Positions 58,162 to 64,000 of a stretch of 64,000 nt of DNA are shown here, piece after piece. Origin of the DNA: Deltaproteobacteria bacterium (GTDB lineage Bacteria; CG2-30-53-67); contig JAADIO010000005.1 of assembly GCA_013151235.1 (NCBI GenBank), forward strand, positions 1 through 64,000, read 5' to 3'. The position numbers and the translations under genes are program-made. Each line of letters starts with the position of its first letter. Positions within the stretch are counted from its first letter, which is position 1. The notes under the pieces are model-generated. The model was not told the DNA's origin and searched no databases. It saw only the letters and a list, made by a program, of their open reading frames with translations.

Positions 58162-59437
58162 TCGCACCCCCTGTAAGGAGGGCCTCAAGCCGTAACCTTG
58201 CCTCCTCCTGATCCTCGGGAATTTTCTCCTGCACCTGCTCCAGAATCTCCATCCCCTCCTGTTTCCACCCCTTCTTCAGATAGACCTCCCCGATTCGGAG
58301 GAGATAGGTCCACCGGTTTTCCGGGTCGAGATAGAGAGCGTTGTTCAACAGCCCCAAGGCGATCTCCGGATCGTGCCCCTCCGCCAGATGAAGATCGGCA
58401 AGCCGTTGCATATCCCGTGCATTGTTCCCGTATTCCACCGCCTCCGAAAAATGCTCAATCGCCTGTTTGCGGTCTCCGGCAGCCACAGCCCATTCTCCCA
58501 ACCGGCTGTGAATCTCGGGAAACTCGGGATCGACTTCCAGGACCGCCCGGTATCTCTCCAGGGAGCGTTCCATGTCGCCGGCCTTCAGGTGGATGTCGCC
58601 CATCATGAGAAAGGCGCCGATCTCATCAGGATGGGCCTCCAAGAGACGATCCAGAACGGAAAGGGCCTCTTCCCCCTGCTCCCTTTCGTGCAGGGCCGAC
58701 GCAAAAACATACCCCAGTTCCAGGTCTTTCGGGTCGGACTCCCAGGCCCGGCGGAGAGACGCAACAGCCCGTTCCGATTCCCCCAGAAAAAGGAGAGCCC
58801 GTCCCATTTCCTTGTGAAGGATCGGATGATCCGGATGTGCTTGCAGAGCCTTTTCATAGCAGGAAATTGCCTTCGAAAAATCTTCGAGATTGGTGTAGGC
58901 ATAGGCCAGGGCAAAATCCTCTCCCAGGGCACGGTAAGCCTCCGCCCGGTCCGGATCCAGAGTATGCACCAGGATCTCGAAATAATCCTTAGGATCCCCC
59001 TCGAAAACGGCCGCCTCATGATCGGAGGAACACTGCCCGCCCGGACAGTAGTTCTCATCCACGAAGAGGCGCTCCACCGACAAAGGAGGTGCGGAGTTCG
59101 GCGCCTCGCGGGAGAGCTTTTCTTCCACCCGTTCCCGGTCCGACTCCTCCTCGAAGAGGGAGAGCGCCAGATGATACCGTTCAACAGCTTCATCCGCCAT
59201 ACCGGAATCGTACAAGCGGTCCCCTTCCGCTTCATGACTTCGGGCCAGATGCGCCGTCACCTCGGCAAGTTTTCGTTCCACCTCCTCCAGAAGGGGGGCA
59301 TCTTTCTTCCCGATCTTTTTAAGAAGACGTCCAAGGAGGAGACGCGCATCACCCCATTGCCCGGCGGCAATATGCTCCTCCGCCCGGTTCAGATCTTTTT
59401 CGGGACTTCCACCAAAGATGGATCTCAGAAACGACAT
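58154..59437 (-). CDS. TPR-repeat protein
   Basis: Multiple TPR-like helical repeats; AAGGAG RBS. Confidence 0.8.
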   Translation of the reverse strand: MSFLRSIFGGSPEKDLNRAEEHIAAGQWGDARLLLGRLLKKIGKKDAPLLEEVERKLAEVTAHLARSHEAEGDRLYDSGMADEAVERYHLALSLFEEESDRERVEEKLSREAPNSAPPLSVERLFVDENYCPGGQCSSDHEAAVFEGDPKDYFEILVHTLDPDRAEAYRALGEDFALAYAYTNLEDFSKAISCYEKALQAHPDHPILHKEMGRALLFLGESERAVASLRRAWESDPKDLELGYVFASALHEREQGEEALSVLDRLLEAHPDEIGAFLMMGDIHLKAGDMERSLERYRAVLEVDPEFPEIHSRLGEWAVAAGDRKQAIEHFSEAVEYGNNARDMQRLADLHLAEGHDPEIALGLLNNALYLDPENRWTYLLRIGEVYLKKGWKQEGMEILEQVQEKIPEDQEEARLRLEALLTGGANA

Positions 59438-59730
59438 TCAGATTCTCTCCTTTCCCCCGGCCACTACGGCAGGCATCATACAGTAAATCAGGTATATCAA
59501 GGAGGTTTTCGAAAGTCAATGGAGACCCGGAGACATTTCGGCACCTGCTTCGAAAACGGCCGTTACCGTAGTGCCCAACGAGTATGTCATCCGGAACATT
59601 CCGGTCCGCATCAACCCTGTACATTTCGATCGCACCCGGCAACACGGGAACCAAACCTACACCGGGCAGGACGAAGGCCCGGCCATAGCCCCTACTACTT
59701 CCAAGTCTCACAGCAGAGAACAGGAACGAT

Positions 59731-60162
59731 CTACCCTTTCCGGGGGCGGGCCAGGTGGGCTTCCAGTTCATCCGGGGTTTCGATCAGGACGTCGTAGTAT
59801 TCGCCGTAGCGTTCACAGTCGGGGGGCTGGTGGTCCCGGCAGATCTCGGAGCGTTCTTCATAGATCGTGCAGAGATTTTCCGGGGAGAGATAGATACATC
59901 TTCCCCTGGTCAGGACATGCCATCGGTGGTTCCGGATGAAGACGCTGACCGTATCAAAATGGAGCTGCCATTTCAGGACATCAATCTCCTCCCGGGTCCT
60001 TGGTCTTGTAATCATGACGGCAAGGTCACGGCAGCAGGTCGCCTCACATTCCAGGCAGACGTTTTTTTGTTCCGGATTTTTTTTTCTCCTGCGGGATTTG
60101 CTCCGGATATTTTTTGTTTTGCAAGAAGACATCGTTCGTTTTTCTCTGCACAAATGTCTCAT
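59731..60162 (-). CDS. YkgJ family cysteine-cluster protein
   Basis: CLECEATCC, CIYL...LCTIYEERSEICR. Confidence 0.82.
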   Translation of the reverse strand: MRHLCREKRTMSSCKTKNIRSKSRRRKKNPEQKNVCLECEATCCRDLAVMITRPRTREEIDVLKWQLHFDTVSVFIRNHRWHVLTRGRCIYLSPENLCTIYEERSEICRDHQPPDCERYGEYYDVLIETPDELEAHLARPRKG

Positions 60163-60165
60163 GGG

Positions 60166-61101
60166 TTACTGAAAATATACATACCAGTAGAAATCGGCCA
60201 CCCGCAGGGGAAGGGGCGGTTCTTTCACTTTCATGAATTGAGATTTCGGTATCTGCTCGATCGCAAGGATTTTTGGCTGGACGGTAACATAGGAAACCGG
60301 CAGCCGGCGGAAGAGGCGCCGGGGAATCCCGAATCCGTAATCAACGTGGTTCTCCCCCGCCAGGATAATAAGGATCTTTGATCGGCCTTGCGCACTCTGC
60401 AGGTATGCCGCCGCCGTTTCCGCCATCGTCTCCTCCCAAAAGGCCTGGACAAGAAAAAAGCGGTCCAGCATGCCCCGCCCCTGCGGATGTCCCTTGAAAA
60501 CGGACGCGAGGTAACGTCTCTCATAAGGGTCGGACAAATCTATTTCAGGAAGGGAATCACGAAAAGTCTTCGGAAGATTTTCCAGTCCGTTTCGGGCGAT
60601 TTTCAGTACCGCCGATTTCGGAGCGTTAAGTCCCAGTATGGGAATTTTTTTCTGCTTCAGCACCTTGAGAACCGGACGGTAATAGTCAATCTTCTCCCCC
60701 CAGTAGGCTTTCCAGAGCTTCCGAAACTCCTTGTCCGATCGGTTATTCTCCCGGTACCACCGGTCAAGGGCCTTCTGCGCCGTATAAGGAAACATTTCCA
60801 TCCCGACGGAGACTCTCCCCGGAAAGCGTTCGGCCAATCCCCGGATGACCTCCGCCTGCATCCGGTGAACCCCCGGACTGTTATGAATTTCAGCAAGGTA
60901 GACAACCCGGGTACCACGGAGAAATTCGAAGAACTGCTCCGGATCAAGACGGTAACCGGTACGTACATGAACAATGGTATTCTCGCGGACCCCTCGGGAA
61001 GGATAAGGAAGATTTCGGTTTCCCTCCGGGAACCTGTGCAGGGCACACCCCACGAACGACCACAGCAGAATTCCGCAGAGCAAAACCTTTTTCAAAGACA
61101 A
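60166..61101 (-). CDS. ChaN family (heme/iron uptake-like) lipoprotein
   Basis: Lipobox FVGC, VVYLAEIH..H..Q, GMEMF, WEETMA, LAGENHV..GFGIP. Confidence 0.8.
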   Translation of the reverse strand: MSLKKVLLCGILLWSFVGCALHRFPEGNRNLPYPSRGVRENTIVHVRTGYRLDPEQFFEFLRGTRVVYLAEIHNSPGVHRMQAEVIRGLAERFPGRVSVGMEMFPYTAQKALDRWYRENNRSDKEFRKLWKAYWGEKIDYYRPVLKVLKQKKIPILGLNAPKSAVLKIARNGLENLPKTFRDSLPEIDLSDPYERRYLASVFKGHPQGRGMLDRFFLVQAFWEETMAETAAAYLQSAQGRSKILIILAGENHVDYGFGIPRRLFRRLPVSYVTVQPKILAIEQIPKSQFMKVKEPPLPLRVADFYWYVYFQ

Positions 61102-61239
61102 GGTCAGAGACTCCTTTCCGGGAGACCGTTTGCAGGGAAAGCCGAATTTTACGGAAACGTACCGAAAGGAAGGGCTCTTGTCAAGGTGAATGCATTATGT
61201 TACTCTTTTTCTCCGATCGCTCAATCTGATGGAGAGTTC

Positions 61240-64000
61240 ATGTCATCTTTGCACAGGGTCAGCCTCTTCCACGGTATTGGACAGCGGCTGCTGATCTGGT
61301 TCAGTCTCTTCTTCCTGATCCCCCTGGTAACGGTCGGTTATACCGGCTACCGGCAGAGTAAGGCCGCCATTCAGCATCAGGTCTTTGAGCACTTTGAATC
61401 ACTGCTGAATCTGCAACGAGATGCCCTCACGAACTACCTTCGCCAAAAAGAGATCCAGTTAAAAACAACGGTCACGGACAATGAGTTTCTGTTCATCGCC
61501 GCCGTGGTACTGCAGTCCACCACATTTTCCGACGAAAGCATACGGAATACCCGGGCCCGGCTGCAAAAGTACCTGAAAGAGAAGAACCACGAATTCGGGT
61601 CTAAGCTGCTTTGGATCACCGGCAAGGACGGCAGGGTCCTTGCTTCTTCCGATCCGGCCCTGATGGGGATGGACCGTAGTCAGGCCCCGGAGAGCGTTCA
61701 ATACAGAAACCATCCCGCACCGGTCTTCAGCACCTACATGGAAGGAAACCACCACCCGGAGATCGTCGTCTCCTCCCCTATCAAGAGTGGCAACGGAGGT
61801 TTTCTCGGTCTCTTCAATCTTGTGATTCCCATGGAAGCAATCAATCGTATCCTGAAGAACCGGACCGGTCTTGGCAGAACAGGAGAAACCTTTCTTGTCA
61901 ACAAAGCAGGATTCATTATTTCAAATTCCCGCTTTCAGAAGGAGGTCATCCTAAAAAAGAAGGTCAACCTGAAGGAGATGTACCAACGGGAAGGGTGGAT
62001 CCGCTCGCATGCCTATGTCCGCGACTACCGGGGGGCCCAAGTGATTCAGCATTTTCTTCCCTTTCCCCGCTTCGGATGGACCCTGGTGGCGGAGATGGAA
62101 ACCGCCGAGGCCTTCCGGGAAATTAATGTCCAACTACATCGGACCCTTCTCATCGGCTTGGGCCTTTTTTCCCTTCTGATCTTCGCCGCTTTACTTATTA
62201 CCCGGAACCTGACCCGCCCGATTCACGCCCTCGTCGATGCGGCGCGGCGTGTGGGGGGAGGGGATCTGAATTTCCAGGTTGCAGACACTTCCGATGACGA
62301 GCTGGCCGAGCTGGCCTATGAATTCAATCGGATGACGGATAACCTGAAAGCATCCAAGAAAAAGATGGAAGAATGGAATGCAAGCATCCAGGAGGAAGTT
62401 CATCACCGAACGCAGGAACTGATTAAGTCGGAAATGAAGTTTCACAAGCTGATCGAAAAGGCTAACGACGCCATCTTCATCTTTAATGCCGAGACCCGTC
62501 TGTGTACTCTGGCCAACCTCAAGGCGGAGACTCTGACGGGGTTCAGCCAGAAGGAACTCCGGGAAACAACCTACACGGACCTTTTTCTGGTCGAAGACCG
62601 GGAACGGGTCGAGGACAACTACACGGAAGCGCTGAAAGAGGGGGCATCGAACCTTTACAAAATCCCGTTGCGCAGAAAAGATGAACGATATGTCTTTGTC
62701 GACATCAGCAACAGTCTGTTCGATTTTCAGAACCAGAAATTCATCAACGCCATTTTCCATGATGTTACGGAACAGCGCAAGATCGACCGGGAGCGGGAGG
62801 TCGTCTTCGAGATCTCCGACACCATCGCCAAGTCTTCCGACCTGTCGCAGATTCTCAGCGGAGCACTGGAAAACATCCTCTACAACCTGGAGTTGGGAAT
62901 GGCGGCAATATTTCTTTACGAAGCGGAAACGGAAGAGCTTGTCCTTGCCCGTGCGGCAGGTTTTTCGGAAACTTTCCAAAAGGATTTTGCCCGTCTCTCT
63001 CTTCAGGCCCCGGACAGTATTGCCACCACGGCAGCCCGTGCCCGTTCAATCCAGATCATCGACCACCCTTACCGCGATGCTATGAGCCGATATGTCGGAT
63101 CCCGCACCAACCCGGACGATCTGCAATCCGACTTCTGTCTCCCCCTGATCGCAGAGGGAACCTTGACCGGCGTACTGGAGCTGGTAACCAACCGGAAGCG
63201 GGGATTTTCCGGTGAAGACCTGATCCTTCTGGAAGCCCTTGCCAATCAACTCGCCGCCGGGATCTTCCGCATCCGGCTCGAGGCAGGAAAACATCAGGAT
63301 GACCAGTTTCTGGCCGGGATTCTCACCGATTCCGTTGACGGAATCATCAGCATGGACGCCGAAGATCGAATTACCACCTGGAACAGCGGCGCCGAAAAGA
63401 TCTTCCATTTCAGCAAAGAGGAAGTCCTGGGAACCCCCTTCCCCGCCCTGTTCCGGGAGGCGGGTCAGGTCTATCCGGACCCGGTCCGCCAGGAACTCCG
63501 GGAGAAGGGATTTATCCGGGATTACGAGATTAACAATATCACCCGTGAGGGACGGGAGGTTACCCTCCATATTTCCTTGACGGCGATCCGGGATCAGCGC
63601 CGGCAGATGATCGGGAGTTCCGCCGTCATTCGGGATATCACCGAACAGAAACAGATCCAGGAACAGATTCAGCGTTCCGAAAAACTGTCCAGCATCGGCC
63701 AGCTTGCCGCCGGCATTGCTCATGAGATCGGCACTCCTCTGAACATTATCTCCGGCAATGCAGAATACCTGATGATGGACATGGACCCGGACAATCCCCT
63801 CACGGAAGAACTTTCGATCATTCTTCAGCAAACCGACCGGATCACGCAACTGATTCAACAGTTGATGGATTTTGCCCGAGACAATCGGCCCCGTTTCGAA
63901 CCGACCGATATTAATGCCCTGGTTCTCCAGACCCTGAACCTGACCCGGCATCAGATGGAAAAAAATGCCATCATCCTGCTGGAAGATCTGGACGAAGAAG
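61240..64000 (+). CDS. Multi-domain sensor histidine kinase (TM-Cache-HAMP-PAS-GAF-PAS-HisKA), truncated at the window end
   Basis: Open frame from ATG 61240 to the window end; TGLGRTGETFLVN, DELAELAYEFNRM, EKLSSIGQLAAGIAHEIGTPLN. Confidence 0.9.
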   Translation, partial: MSSLHRVSLFHGIGQRLLIWFSLFFLIPLVTVGYTGYRQSKAAIQHQVFEHFESLLNLQRDALTNYLRQKEIQLKTTVTDNEFLFIAAVVLQSTTFSDESIRNTRARLQKYLKEKNHEFGSKLLWITGKDGRVLASSDPALMGMDRSQAPESVQYRNHPAPVFSTYMEGNHHPEIVVSSPIKSGNGGFLGLFNLVIPMEAINRILKNRTGLGRTGETFLVNKAGFIISNSRFQKEVILKKKVNLKEMYQREGWIRSHAYVRDYRGAQVIQHFLPFPRFGWTLVAEMETAEAFREINVQLHRTLLIGLGLFSLLIFAALLITRNLTRPIHALVDAARRVGGGDLNFQVADTSDDELAELAYEFNRMTDNLKASKKKMEEWNASIQEEVHHRTQELIKSEMKFHKLIEKANDAIFIFNAETRLCTLANLKAETLTGFSQKELRETTYTDLFLVEDRERVEDNYTEALKEGASNLYKIPLRRKDERYVFVDISNSLFDFQNQKFINAIFHDVTEQRKIDREREVVFEISDTIAKSSDLSQILSGALENILYNLELGMAAIFLYEAETEELVLARAAGFSETFQKDFARLSLQAPDSIATTAARARSIQIIDHPYRDAMSRYVGSRTNPDDLQSDFCLPLIAEGTLTGVLELVTNRKRGFSGEDLILLEALANQLAAGIFRIRLEAGKHQDDQFLAGILTDSVDGIISMDAEDRITTWNSGAEKIFHFSKEEVLGTPFPALFREAGQVYPDPVRQELREKGFIRDYEINNITREGREVTLHISLTAIRDQRRQMIGSSAVIRDITEQKQIQEQIQRSEKLSSIGQLAAGIAHEIGTPLNIISGNAEYLMMDMDPDNPLTEELSIILQQTDRITQLIQQLMDFARDNRPRFEPTDINALVLQTLNLTRHQMEKNAIILLEDLDEE

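Noticed and set aside
59349-59939. ORFs 59349..59771 (-) and 59571..59939 (+)
   Set aside because: Overlap neighbouring real genes, no recognisable motifs or RBS

Overview
GC-rich chromosomal window from a Gram-negative bacterium, probably an anaerobe (deltaproteobacterial/Nitrospirota-like gene content; the taxonomy is an inference). Accessory-looking left arm (1-21 kb): exported msrAB, a 1-kb hotspot of mobile-element debris (REP-like palindromes, an IS1182-like end, a group II intron-like 5' fragment, a 34-aa Lys-rich small ORF), 2-oxoacid:ferredoxin oxidoreductase, ferritin-like protein and rubrerythrin, the mercury-methylation pair hgcAB, a sigma54-driven PEP-CTERM gene, a UGA-interrupted (selenocysteine) glutaredoxin, a bacterial histone heading a FAD-oxidoreductase/GT2 operon, an RND pump plus AAA ATPase, and a GAF-MCP. 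The core region holds leuS-lptE, cvpA, rnc and the yceD-rpmF-plsX-fab cluster. In that cluster an acyl-CoA dehydrogenase/EtfB/ferredoxin-EtfA module sits between fabH and fabD, the slot an enoyl-ACP reductase often fills. Further right are the pho regulon (porin-pstSCAB-phoU, phoB, frameshifted phoR), truA, an amidase, amrS, tusA, dinG, rmuC and a large sensor kinase cut off by the window edge. A roughly 130-bp MITE-like family repeatedly abuts stop codons. All calls come from motif recognition by eye; no database searches were run.
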